NCBI GenBank assembly: GCA_015680685.1
Contig: MNCI01002112.1
Location: 589,281-653,280, forward strand
DNA from: Gnetum montanum
Lineage: Eukaryota; Plantae; Gnetophyta
Length of the DNA stretch: 64,000 bases
Direction of reading: 5' to 3'
Below, one piece after another: positions 27,769 through 40,148 of this stretch. Made by a program: the position numbers and the translations under genes. Each line of letters begins with the position of its first letter. Position 1 is the first letter of the stretch. The notes beneath the pieces are model-generated. The model was not told the origin of the DNA. It worked only from the letters and a program-made list of their open reading frames with translations, and did no database searches.

Positions 27769-30686
27769 TGTTGGCGACCGTTTGGGACGCGACCGCCAAC
27801 GAGTGTCCTTGAATAGGATTTAGGTGCATGCTAGTCTCTGGCAATACCAAGGCCCAGATACCTCCAAATAGACTCAGTAGTTAATGTGAGTATGTGTGTG
27901 TGCTGTTGTGGCATGTGGTTTTAAAAAATGAAATGATTGCATTGTATGTAAACTACAAATGACTTGTGTTAAAGAGATTCAGCCAACTTTGCCAAGTACT
28001 GTGAGTTGTTGAGAGTTCCTATTTTGTTCAATTTCCTAGTCTACGCAGTCCTTATAATACCTACTTGTAAAAAATAAAATTTTGTAAAAACATTTGAGCA
28101 CAACTCTGTGAATATACTTCTAATTTTCCCTAGAGAAAGAGATAGTTCCACAAGAAAACTAGAAATAGAGCAAGATTCGATGGAAATAGACAGAAAAGAG
28201 ATTTGTGTGGACCTAAAATATTTAAACAAGGTAAAATGACACGAGTAAACACTTCGCAATAAATATATTCCATATTCAATATCTATGAATTGTTCAAACT
28301 TCCAAGGCTCAAATAAGCAATTTCTTCAAGACAATCCTACTATGCTACCAAAAATTTCTGCATAAACTACCACGTACGAGACTCCATTTTGGCTAGATAA
28401 TAGATGTCAACGATTGCATTCAATAGAACCTTCGAAAGACTTGACAATTTCTGATTGAAATACCATGGAAATTCACTTTAAAGATAAAAGGAAGCTATTT
28501 TGGTCCCATCAAAATACCAAAGATTTTCTGAACCCTCTTAACTACTGAATAGTTCAACGGCATGACTACAAGCAGAGGCTCTCTTACAACAATCCCAATA
28601 GCAGTTCCTATACATTTCACAATAATAAAATTTACTACTAAAATGCTCTTAAGGCTTTTAAACACAAGCGCTGCTATAGCAAAATTTTAATAGAAATTTC
28701 TATCAGGCAACAAGAACAGTAAGAGCAATCTAAAAATCCCAAAATTACTTGCCAAGGATAATACTATCTAAACCACTAGCTAAACAATTTAAACAAAATA
28801 AAAAATAAAATACATAACTCACAGGACCATGACAAAGAGGCTGAAATCTTTTTTTTAACAAGCCATCTTATAAGCAATCTTCTTTACAAATCTTCCAATA
28901 TCCCAAGTGTGATGTGTGAGATCTCCAGTCCTCCTTCCTCCTTGATCCCTGAAGCCTTTTTATAGGGTTCAAAGGTAGGTAGGGAAGTTACAAAATATCT
29001 TGGGTGGTTTAACCACCATAGAGACAAAAAGGCTANTTGGTGGTTATAAGTACCATGGGAAATTAAAATTTAGTTGTAACCACCAAGGGGAAGTTATCAC
29101 CACCATGATATTTAAAAATTGCAAAGGAATCTTGTTCCATACATATAATATTGAATAACTGCCTTATAACTTCTCTTTCCTTTTGAAATAATAACAATAT
29201 ACCCTTTACTTCTTTCTTAAACAAAGAAAAATGAAAATAAAATTAAATTTGATTAAAAATATTTGGTGGAAGGGAAAGTACATGAAATATCAACAATATC
29301 AACATCCACGTTTATGTCCATGTTCAGCTCAGAAATAGCCTATCTTGTGGCTGTGGCTACTGCCAAACCTCTTCCTATTTCGTCGTCTTTCCGTTTGGCT
29401 GTAACGGCCATGAACTACCACCACCATAATCATCATTATCGACAGCGGTTGTAGAGTGCCATCTCTATCTCTGACATTGGCTCTGCCAAAACCACAACCA
29501 CAGGAGTTTGCGTGGGCATGGAGCCAGTGTTTCCACGAAATGGTCGCTACGGTTGCAATGTTGTTGATGGCCTGATGAGCTTGTCAATTTTTTTATAACA
29601 ACATAGATTTGGTAAAGTAAAGACACATCATTCCATGTAATAGTAGTAGAGCTTGGTGAATACAATACTGATGGACGACGTAGACACAGAATTGAAGATT
29701 AAAGGTAGCATGCATGATATGTTCTCTAGCCAAATCGCAAGAGTTCATGCCTATGGACGTGATTTCGGGTGTGAAGATGAGCATCATGCGGTAGAGTCAT
29801 CATGGTGGCTGTGATGAGATTCGAAGGCAGGAGCGTGGAACCGAGCTTTTCATCTGTTGGGACAGTGACTGAGACATTCTTCTCGACGAAGACATCATCG
29901 TCGCTTGCGTCGTGATCCCGGCCCTGGCACCTGATTTTGGATAAGAATTTCTTCTCTATTCTTATCAGGGTTTCTAGGGTTTTTGGTTGGTTTTGGAATT
30001 GGTTCCCATTTAGTTGGCCGCACTGATTTCTACTGTTGATCTCGATCTGGGTCTTCCCTATTTATGTCTCTGGAACAAAGGGCGTGGCAGCAGCGATGTT
30101 ATGTGTAGCTGTGGTTGTGGCTGAAGTGCAGGTGGCGGCAGTGGATTGGTTCCATCTCTTTGTTGCGGCTGAATGATTGAGTCTATCCATACTCAGACTT
30201 AGACTCCGGATATGGGTCTAATTTTTGACAAATTGAAGATTATTATTGAAATCCCTGTCTATGGAGCTGGCTGCAATAGTGATGATCCAGGGCACAGTAT
30301 TTGTCATAGATCCACTACCGTGGAAACCTTCATTTCCACCTACACAAATGACCGTAATCCCATGTCTAACAACATGAAATGAACCCATAGAGATGGGATC
30401 CTGAAAGTTGGTGGAGCCTGCTTCAGTAATGATTGACATAGAAAAAATGTTGACGCCATCCCTGATTGCACTATCAAACGCAGCAAGGATATCTGCATAC
30501 CAACAACCACCCTGCACATTCTAGTAGGCCTTGTATACTACAATTCTTGCAAATGGAACTCCTCCTCTACCATCTCCTATTGCCAAAATTTTGTAGTTCA
30601 TATTATGCACAAACCTACCTACAGCAATTGATACTGTATGTGTTCCTTGTCCAACCTGTTCCATGAAATGGTCAAATGTGCCAACA
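27769..30686 (-). mobile_element. 2.9-kb solo-LTR-like insertion (Copia-style termini) carrying host gene fragments
   Basis: Termini TGTTGGC...GCCAACA. Perfect 5-bp TSD GTAGT (27764-27768 / 30687-30691). TATAAAAAGG on the - strand at 28955-28964. CpG retained. Confidence 0.85.
30218..30662 (-). pseudogene. Plant subtilisin-like serine protease (S8) fragment
   Basis: GQGTHTVSIAVG...RGGVPFARIVVYKAY*...GCWYADILAAFDSAIRDGVNIFSMSI...DPISMGSFH...GGNEG...PWIITIAASSIDRDF. No Asp or Ser catalytic regions. In-frame stop at 30521. Confidence 0.93.
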
Positions 30687-32516
30687 GTAGTCACTAGCAA
30701 AGGCTAGTGTTGTCCACATAGAAAACACTAAATTTGACTTTAAATAACTCAAATTGATTTTAGAAAATCCTAAAATTCATCATTTATCAATCCAAGCCTA
30801 TCAACTACATTGGAATTTGTAGAACTATGCTGGGGTAGTGTAGTCCACATGGAAAACACCAAAAGTTGTTAGAAATAGCTCAAATCAACTCCTAGAAAGA
30901 CCTATAACTCTATCAAAGCTTATTGAGACCTTAATACACTAGGAACCAAGCCAAAATCCATAATTTTTCATCACAAACCTCTCAACTATGACGAAAATTA
31001 CATGCCTATGTTAGGCCAATGTAGTGAAGAGGTATTTGGCCTTCCCAAGATCCAAAATCCCATTAGAACTGATAATTTTGATGATAAAACCTTATCTAAT
31101 AGCACCAATGACCTTGGAAGTCCACTAGCATGGTTTATTTGGAATAAAAATGCATCTAAAATCATGTTTTATGCATGAATACATTGAGGAAGCCTATGAA
31201 TATGCTATCCCACTATAGGCATAGTGGAGACACATTTTGTGGTAAGGTTTACTAGCATTATACCACTCAGAATGGCCGAAAACTAACTTAGGAAGCCCAA
31301 AACCCTATTCCACTTCATTCAAGTACAATTTCATTCTATATCAATCTTGAAAACACCAGATCCCCCATGACTACATTGAAACCATGCATGACTATGCTAG
31401 CCTAGTGTAGTCTAATGGAAAATACCATGAAACATAATTTTGTTACATAAATTCGACCTCTAAGTAGTCAATTCAATCCTTCCATGATCTTGCACTATCC
31501 TAGGAAGATAGCAGAGGAGTAATTCCAATCCTAAAATTCTAGTGATTCACTTATTCCTTATGACTATGTTGGGGTCTACGTTAACTATGCTAGCCTAGTG
31601 TAGTCACCAATGGAAACATCATTTTCAACTTCAAGAGGGTATAAAATGACCCAAAACATACCAATCCTTAATACCAACCACATGCACTAGCTGTTTGGAC
31701 CATCATGACCCCAAAAGTAATCATATTGATCTTGGAAAGCTACCCATCAGTATTGACTACATTGGGGAATGCATGACTATGCTAGGCCAGCGTAGTCACT
31801 AGTAGAGCCTAGGGTAGTCATAAGAAAAAGTGTTAATTTTGCCTCAAAACAATCCTGGAATGATTTCATCATGTGTCTAGACTCCATTGGTAACCTTGTA
31901 GCCTCATACCATGGCTTGCTAAGGTCTAAAACTGGAAAAATCTAATCCTTTTCAATTAATAATAAACATTTTTATCACATGTATTACACTTTGACTAATT
32001 TAAATTTATTTCATGGTGTTTCATTCTATTTTGGTATTGTTATGCATTTTTGACCTTCATGACCATCAGTTAACCTAATGTAGCTTCTACATAACTTCAG
32101 TTTCATCATACCTACCTTATTTACTCTAGTATTTCCTATGTTAACCTTTATTTATCCTTTGATTGGTGTTAAGTGATGGGGTTTGACCATCTTTGGCCAT
32201 CATTTGACACCATGTAACCATGGTCTACCAAGGCCTTAAACTGACAAAAGTGAAACCTCAGTTGGCCACATTTGACCTTATCTTCCATATTTTCATGTTG
32301 TTTCTACTTGTTTTTAACCTTTATTTGACCTTTTTTAGTCATTATTCCATCTTATTTATCTTCACCTAAATTCTATAGCCTTGGTTGACCTTGTTTGCAA
32401 TTTGTTCAACATTGAAATAGCATGTGTTTGCATATTTAGTAAGGTATGTTATATCATTTTGGAATTTACTCATTTTTACCTAGTTGTCAATTAATGTGCT
32501 TATGGTTGATATGCAA

Positions 32517-35500
32517 GATTGGAGTGTGGAAACTTAGAAGAAAATTAGTTTCCCATTGAAGCTAAATGGACCTCATGGTAATTTTGAACAATGCATTGAT
32601 CCTAATTGCCTAGATCTTGAGCTTAAGAGTCCCATCGACTATATAGCTTCAATAGAGAAACCTCTAGAGTAGCCTAACCACCTAGTAAAAATCCTTGACC
32701 TTGAAATTAGTGATATTACTTAAGACTCTCTAGTTGAGGTTCCTCTCATGACACATGGTGGTGAGGAAAAAACACTAAAACTAAGTTCCTCATTGGAACC
32801 CATGTTGTCATGACACATGATGGTGAGGAGGAAACACTAAAGTCCTACAAGATAATATTAAGGAATTTTCCTAGACATATAAATATATGCCAATTCTAGA
32901 CCCATATTTAGTCCAACATAACATCATACTTGATCCTAGCATTATACCAGTTAAGTAAAAAGTTTGTAAGATTAGACCGAATTTGGCCCTAGTAATTTGT
33001 GATAAAATCACAAAACTATACCAAGTTGGTTTCATCAAAGTTGTTGATTACATAGAGTGGGTGTCTGACATAGTGGTAGTGATGAAGAAAAATGGATTTT
33101 ATGTATTTGCATCAATTTCCAAGACCTAAATAAGGCAACTATACATCAAAGATGAATTTTTCCTTGCCTAGTATTAATCAACTTATTGATACTATGTTTG
33201 GACATGCCTTATTATCCTTTATGGATGGACTCATGGGATATAACCAAATTATTATTAATCCTACACATCATTATAGTACAACCTTCATGACATCTTGGGG
33301 TACCTTTTGTTATACTATGATGCCCTTTGGCCTAACGAATGCAGGAGCAACCTACCAAAGAGTAATGATGTATACATTTAGTGACTATATGCTATGTTTG
33401 CTCAATGATTACATAGATGATATAATCATTAAGTTCAAAGTGACCAATGATCATACACATGACCTTAACCTTGTGCTAATATGATTCCTCAATTATGAGC
33501 TTAGGATTAACTCCAAAAAGTGTGTCTTTGGCATTAAAATTGGTAAGATGATTGGCTTTGTAGTATCTGAACTAGGAATACATGTCAATCATAATAAGGT
33601 TAAGGCCATATCCAACTTGGTAGAACCTACTAACCTTAAGGATCTTTAGGGATTACGAAATAAATTATAATTTATTCATAGGTTTATTGCTAGGCTTACA
33701 GATAAGTTACAATCCATGCAACACTTACTTAAGAAAGGAGTTCACTATGAGTGGATGGCTCAATGCCAAGAAGCCTTTGAAAATCTTAAGCAAGAGTTGA
33801 AACAACTACCAACAGTCTATCCTCTACAAGAGGATAAACCTTTATATATCCACCTTTCTATCTCTAACATATCTATTGCCTCTCCACTTTATTAGAAATT
33901 AGATGATGGAGTAGAGTTACTTGTATACTACTTAATTCATGCATTAGTTTCCCATGAGACCTAATACACCAAAGTGCAGAAGTATTGTCTAGCCCTAGTC
34001 TTCTCATTGGAGAATTAGAGGCATTACCTCTTTTGGAGCTAGGTCAACATCATTTGTAAATACAATGTGCTTAGATCCATAATGACCAATATTTATGAGA
34101 GTAGCCATATAGCCCATTCAAAAGCTATAACAATAGAGTTTGACCTTCATTACATTTCTCAAGCATCAATGAAAGGTATAGAAATAGCCATGCAACTCAC
34201 TATTTCAATGGTTTAAGATCATGTGACCATAGATTTTGAATTCCCTAATGAACACATCAACATTATTAGCAATGTACCTAAGGGCTATGAGGTAGTCATG
34301 CACTTTGATGGAGTTTCAACTTCCCATGGGACTAGTGTTGATGCCATCATAACAATCCCATCTTATGAAATTAAATCCTTCACTTATCATTTATAATTTT
34401 CATGTACCAATACTATAGTAGAGTATGAGGGCTTGATCAGAGGAATGATGATAGCTCATAACCAAAGAATAAAATGCTTAATGATCAAAGGTGATTCACA
34501 ACTTGTGGTTAACCAAGTAACCAAGGTTTATGCATGTAAATCCAAACATTTACAATCTTGCTATGACCTAGGAAAGAAACTAATACATTAATTTACAGAC
34601 ATTAATATCCAACATGTACTCCAAACCAAGAATACCATAGCCAATTCCATTGCAACATTAGCCCTTGGTGAGATACTAGATGTGTTTAGAAAGCTTGCTT
34701 CCTTGACCATGGATTGTGCTATTCCCATCATGCAAAGCACTTAGGATACCTTTTTAGCCTTAGTTCATACCAACCCTCCAAAGGAGTGGTATGATGATAT
34801 CAACTTTTACCTCATGCATGGTAAACCTACACATAGGTTAATTGCTACTCAAAAGGACATTGTACATAAATGATCAAAATAGTATGTCATAGTAGGTGAT
34901 CACACATTATGCTGATAGTCCTATGATGACATATTATTAGTGTTCTTGGATAGAATCAAATCTTGCATAGTCCTATAGCAAGTTTATAATGGTATATGTG
35001 GGGGATATATAGGACTTGGAGTCATGCTTACTAAAATCAGGTGACTAGGATATTACTAGCCCTATATGTTGCAAAAGATCAAAACATGTGATAGTTGCTA
35101 GTTGCCAATGGCATAGAAACCTTATACATGTATCATCGACTGAGTTACACACCACTCAGATAAGTTTGTTGTTTTAATGATGAGGGTTGGATATCATTGG
35201 ATCCATAATGCCTAAGTCTTCCGCAAGGCATAGCTTTATCATCACTACAACTAAATACTTTATGAAGTGGGTTGAAGTCATTTCCCTAAAGAAAACAACA
35301 TCTCAACAAGTTTGTAAGTTCATACTTGATAACATAGTAGCCTGTTTAGGTATACCTATGATCATAGTCACAGATAATAAACCATAATTTAGTAGCCAAG
35401 AAACCAAAAAAAATTTCATGACCTAGGAATTAAGCATTATTTCTCATCACCATGCTACCCCCAAGCAAATGGGCAAGCTAAGGAAAGCAATAAGGCCATC

Positions 35501-36022
35501 ATAAACTTGCTCAAAAATATGTTGAATAATATTAAACACAAGTGGCATGTGTGTCTTGTCCATACACCTTAGGCCTATCAAACAACATCCCAAATTACAA
35601 CTAGTGTAACCCCATATAGCCTGGTTTATGATTTTAAAGCTATTTTACCTCTTGAATTGTAGGTTCCATTACTCTGAATAGTCATATCTAACTTCATCAA
35701 TGATGAACAAGACCAAGAGTTGTGCATCATGGACTTGGACTCTATGGAAGATCAATAAGTAAGAATTCTTATTCATGTTGAGTAGTATCAAGAGAGGAAG
35801 AAATGGCAATACCATCATAACCTAGTCAAGTGCAAGATCAAGGAAGGAGACTTGGTCCACAAGGCCATCTACGAGAATGCAAACAAACTCTTAGCTAATT
35901 GGGAAGGACATTTCTTGGTCACTAAGGCCTACAACAATGAAGCCTTCTCGATAGTGGACATGAATGCAAATAAATTGGCCAATCTAGTTAGTCATTCCTA
36001 TTTAAATCCCTACTACATGTAG
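32517..36022 (+). pseudogene. pol: Copy C RT-RNase H-aRH-integrase
   Basis: LLSFMDGLMGYNQI, MPFGLTNAGATYQR, YIDD (33410-33421), MHFDG...EYEG...KGDSQLVVNQV (aRH), LDIIG...TDN...YPQANGQA (INT), NWEGHF. Confidence 0.95.
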
Positions 36023-36719
36023 CCCATGAGAACCAACAATTAGCACTGACAAACAAGCCTACATGACCTTTTTTTGTACAACAAATAAGCTTTGAAACTT
36101 TGTAACATTGGTGACCATGGATACCCTAGTTTGCTAATTATCTTATATGATATTATGCATTTTATTATAACAACATGACTTTTTGGTTTATTTTTCTTTT
36201 TCTCTTGGAGTTTTCCTTATAGGATGAAGCTCAAAGTCATCATGGTGGTGCAACTCATTATAATAGCAAGTTATCATATAACCTCAATGTGCAAGAATTA
36301 GTGAGTTTGTCCCTACCATACCAAGAGCATTTGTTTCACATCATTTCCATTACAACGACTTGAGCTGAATCCCATAGCCTATTTATATCCTTCCTCATCC
36401 TAAATAATAATGTTGACCTATGTTTGACACCCATGCATTATGACCATATTACATCCCTTAATCATGATCCACCTACAAGTCCATTAATATAACACATGTC
36501 ATTCAATAATAAAACCAAATCAAAACCAACCTTGGTAATGAAACCCAATGAAGGTTTTATCTAAGAAAAAAAGGGAAAAAAGAAAATTTCCAAGAATTTG
36601 AATAGCCAATGAACCCAAAAAGACAAACCAATGGCTTCAAACATTCAAATAGAGAATCCTAATAGCCAAAACAACTTTAGTATGAGATGTTGGTTCCTCA
36701 AATGCATTGCCGAGTGACC

Positions 36720-39075
36720 TGTAGAGATTGAAAATATTGGTTGCTGGAGAAATCTAGAGTTTCTAGCAAAATATCCTTGACCCTAGATTCTAAGGACCTT
36801 TACAAAAAATAGGATCCAAGGTACCTTAGATGCTTTGGTAGATCACCTACAGACTTGAGGGTAAAACAAGATAAATAAAATAAAAATGCAAAAGGTAGAT
36901 TTAATGATAAATGCACTAAGAATAAAGAAAATAAATCTAAATTGCACATAAATGGAACTATAAAATTTTATTTTAAAATGAAGGTAGAGTCCAAAAATGC
37001 ATATGAAGTTATGACAAAGAAGAGAGTAGGGAAATTCACTTGGGCAAGGGTTCAAAATTTGTTGAAACTTCTAATATCAGCTCCACAATCTAGAGGTTAT
37101 GCCACTCCTGATGCTCTCAAAACTTTATTTCTCTTACAGAAAATCTACTACATTTTTGATGTAGGAGGGATGAGAGGTGTGAGGGATTTGGATCAAAAAG
37201 TGAGCTTAATTAGAAGTTTGGATTCCTAGGTGCTCAACATTGATGCCACAATGTCACAAATCTCAAATGGGGGATAAGATGGGTAACAATGGCTATGGGT
37301 TCCACACTAGCGGATTAAAGAAACTCTATATGTGATCAAACCTCTTAAATGCAAAAATTTTTGAAAAATGCATAAGTGTGAAACCCTTTCATGGTATTGG
37401 TCCTTGGGCTTTATAGGGTTTTGGCCACAAATTTTGCTACAAATCTACTTAATTGCTATTACAAATTCTACTTGATTGATGCTACAAATTTTGCTTGATT
37501 ACTAACAAAATTATAGCTACATGTAGGTGTGGTGGGTATTCAAATCCAAGGTGATTACAATGTCTGGTAAGTGTTATACCTCCATGGTCATTCTATTTAC
37601 TAAAAATAGTAAATGAGAATTTTACCCTCACTGGTTTCTTCCAATCAAGTTGGGCCTTCCAACAAAAACATAGGGATGTAGGATTCTTGTTGGAGTTGGT
37701 GGAATGCTAGAATCTTGGGGCATGATAGAGTAATGCTAAGGGGATGAAGTGGCAACACTAGGAGTTATTACCCTCCACACTGAGCAAGGTTGATGTCTCA
37801 ACCCCCAATGATGAGGATAGATGAGTTATACCCTCCAATAGTTATCTCCAGGATGGAAAATATTATATCACTTATAAGACCCCTCAAAATGCCATTTTCT
37901 GGCATCTCAAAAGGCATTTTTAACCTTAACCCCCAAGCCTAAATATAGGCATTATATAATTTTTTCACCTGGGGGCTGAGTCTTTGACCACTTATAAGGC
38001 ATTTCTTAGTCCCAAAAATCTAAAGTGTATGAGATTGCATCTCATGGATTACAATTTAAATATTTACAATAAATTTTAGCCTTGGGTTTCATGGGATAGG
38101 GATTACATGGCTGATGAATCATGGTTTCCTAGGTGCTGATATCATGCCCCTATTATTAGACCCCTATTATCGAACCCATGATATCAAGTACAAGATATCA
38201 AGTCTGATGAATCCCAATATCGAACACCTGATATCAAGTACCCGATATCACAACCTGGCTAATGATATCAGATACACAAGATCATGATCCCTATGTAAGC
38301 CTAGAAATACACATTTGGGTGCACAAGAGAAGAGTGTTAGAGAAAGTATAGAAGTAGAGTCTTTTTATTATTTTTTAGTTCATCTCAACCCTTTCCCCAG
38401 TGCATGCCAGTAGTGTGATGATTGTAATTATACAGAATCTTTATTTGAGTGTGATGTACTTGGACACATGCATGACCAGTAATAAAGATCAAGATTACTT
38501 CATCATTGTAGCATTCACTTAGTTTTAACTTTTTAACTATTATTTATTGCTTTCTTAATTAATATTTCCTTACCTTCCTCTACTATCTCTATTATTAAAC
38601 GTGGAATGAGTACAACTTAATCACAAGCATTTCAGTGTGACTACTTGGTATCCCAGTAGCGTACCTCAAACATGTGCTTGGTAATCCTAGTAGTAGTATG
38701 TGAGGTTCAAGATGTGTATGGATGATTAAGGATGGATGCTCATCACACTTAGGCTAGCTTAGATTCTCTCCTCCCATTCCCTCTTAGCTTAATTAAAGTT
38801 ATTCTCCATTGCCTCTAGGAGTAGCACTAGTTTAGAACCACATCATACACCTCACTTTGGACTAAACCATACAAGATAAAGCAAATACTAGTCCATATGG
38901 GAAGATATTAAACTATGATCAATGAGTAACTATTTAGATACCACAACTAGTCCATCTGTAGAGTTCGAATGGATCATGTGTGAACACTCATATTCATATG
39001 GTTGAGTGTAGGGGTACCTTGCCACTTCTCAATGGCCACAAAAATGTTACAACATGTAATTTTGATGGTGTTTCA
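36720..39075 (-). repeat. Copy D 3' LTR (contains the solo LTR 38112-39031)
   Basis: Direct repeat of 57935-59355. Confidence 0.9.
38112..39031 (+). mobile_element. Solo LTR of a different family (920 bp)
   Basis: TGATG...TCTCA with perfect TSD ATGGC (38107-38111 / 39032-39036). TATA-like site at about 38291, AATAAA at 38481. Homologous to 63729-64000. Confidence 0.92.
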
Positions 39076-39090
39076 TTGGCTTCTCTTTGT
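39076..39090 (-). promoter_or_regulatory. Polypurine tract (decayed), copy D
   Basis: AAAGAGAAGCCAA immediately before the TG of the 3' LTR. Confidence 0.6.
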
Positions 39091-40148
39091 TGGTGCCTAG
39101 AGAATTTATCCAAAAGGCACTAGCAAAGAATACAAAACATCATTGTAGGTCCATCACCAATGTTCCCTCTCTACACTTGATCCAATTGTATCAAACCATG
39201 CCAAAGAGTTCTTTTGATGATGAGATAAGTCTATGATGAGGAAATGGTCATAAAGTCATAGGGAAATGGTTATGAGGGTTAACAATGCATTTCATAGTTG
39301 ACATCATGGCTATGACACTAACATGTTGGTTAGTTAATGGTTTTGTCACTTCATGTTTTTTGAGATGTTGGTTACTCAGAAAATGTGTTTGAGGATCCAA
39401 CATCTTGCATTAAGGTTTCTTACTAGTATCCTCCATTTGCATGTTTGGAATTTTTGATTTTGACTTCTAGTCTTCATAGGCCATTCCAACTTCTTGACAA
39501 TTTTCCTCCCCATTTTTTTGTGGGGTGAAACCTTCATTGGGTGTCTTTTCCAAGGCTAGTTTTGACATGGTTTTCTTGTTGAATGAGGTGTGTTAATTTT
39601 TAAAAAACTTAATGGATTTCCCATTTAATGGTATGTATTATACTTGATGGACTTAATTCTTTTCCTATTGAATGATATTTGTTACATTCAATGGACTTGA
39701 TGATGGAGCATCAAGAAGGGATGTCATAAGGACATAATGCATGAATGACAAAGATAGGTCAACATTGCTATTTAGGACAAGGAATGCTATAATAAGGCTA
39801 TAGGGTTTGGTTCAAGGAGTGGTAACAATAATTATTTTGATCAAGCACTCTTGATATGGCAAGATAAACTCACCAAATCTTGCATAACGAGATCATGCAG
39901 TGACTTGCTATCATGATGATTTGCACCTTCATGATGACTCTGGGCTTTATCTTGCAAACACAATCCTAAGAGAATAAGAAAACCAAGAAAATAAAATATG
40001 TTGTTACAATATAATGCATAAGATCACATAGAATGATAAAACCATGCTACCATAGATTACCATGTTACAAAGTTTAACAGTTTTCCCGTTGCATAAAGGA
40101 TGGTCATGCAGGCTCTCTTATTGTTGCTATGAAAATTGTAAATGAATG

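Larger units (their letters stand above)
27100..31900. repeat. Degenerate array of palindromic motif GACTACGCTGG-N-CCAGCGTAGTC (interrupted by the 27769-30686 insert)
   Basis: Examples: 27501 TGACTATGTTGGCCCAGCATAGTCA, 31390 GACTATGCTAGCCTAGTGTAGTC, 31774 TGACTATGCTAGGCCAGCGTAGTCA. Confidence 0.75.

Noticed and set aside
27100-31900. CRISPR-like array of palindromic repeats
   Set aside because: Plant retroelement context, irregular spacing, degenerate repeats and no cas genes.
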